Shown piece after piece: positions 63,970-64,000 of a stretch of DNA of 64,000 nt. The DNA lies in the NCBI GenBank assembly GCA_002269645.1, contig NIVC01001835.1:37046-101045 (forward strand), in the 5' to 3' direction. The stretch is from Macrostomum lignano (lineage: Eukaryota). A program made the position numbers and the translations under genes. Numbering within the stretch: position 1 is the first letter of the stretch; each line of letters begins with the position of its first letter. The notes beneath the pieces are model-generated. The model was not told where the DNA came from and made no database searches. It saw only the letters and a list, made by a program, of their open reading frames with translations.

Positions 63970-64000
63970 TTTTTTTCTATAAAATAAAAAAAAATTTTGA

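Larger units (their letters stand above)
49028..64000. mobile_element. Endogenous Polinton/Maverick (adintovirus-like) virus, truncated by the window end
   Basis: Co-located pPolB, adenain protease, A32/FtsK-like ATPase, DJR MCP and penton in an intron-free, compact layout. Left end tentative (AGTAG at 49028). Confidence 0.92.

Noticed and set aside
49028-64000. Retroviral-type integrase of the Polinton
   Set aside because: No DDE integrase ORF is visible in the window; expected beyond position 64000.

Overview
Metazoan genomic window. Repeat-stuffed introns, poly-Q/poly-A exons and splice acceptors just before start codons would fit a flatworm such as Macrostomum, but this is inference only. 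Left 44 kb (host genes): last exon of a fibrinogen-domain gene; a 10-exon par-3 (minus, 1271 aa reconstructed); a divergent ceramide-kinase-like gene; a myristoylation-motif orphan ORF; two orphan exons; and a 5-exon dynactin p62 gene (DCTN4, 468 aa). Many introns carry their own minisatellite. There are also two tRNA-headed CORE-like SINEs, LTR and RTE relics, and four degenerate copies of a 28S rRNA segment. 44.8-48.8 kb: an intronless secreted PAN/apple protein and a PAN+GH45 endoglucanase (HGT candidates). About 49 kb to the window end: an endogenous Polinton/adintovirus-type virus with penton, double-jelly-roll MCP, putative core protein, packaging ATPase, adenain protease and protein-primed PolB; no integrase is in view. 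Its penton gene is split by an intact 3035-bp RAG1/Transib-like DDE transposon with CACAGTG (RSS heptamer) termini, an A-tract after a 23-bp spacer, a 5-bp TSD and a RAG1/Chapaev-like N-terminal zinc module. Most viral frameshifts are 1-nt losses in short base runs and may be assembly errors. All calls come from motif recognition by eye; no database searches were run.
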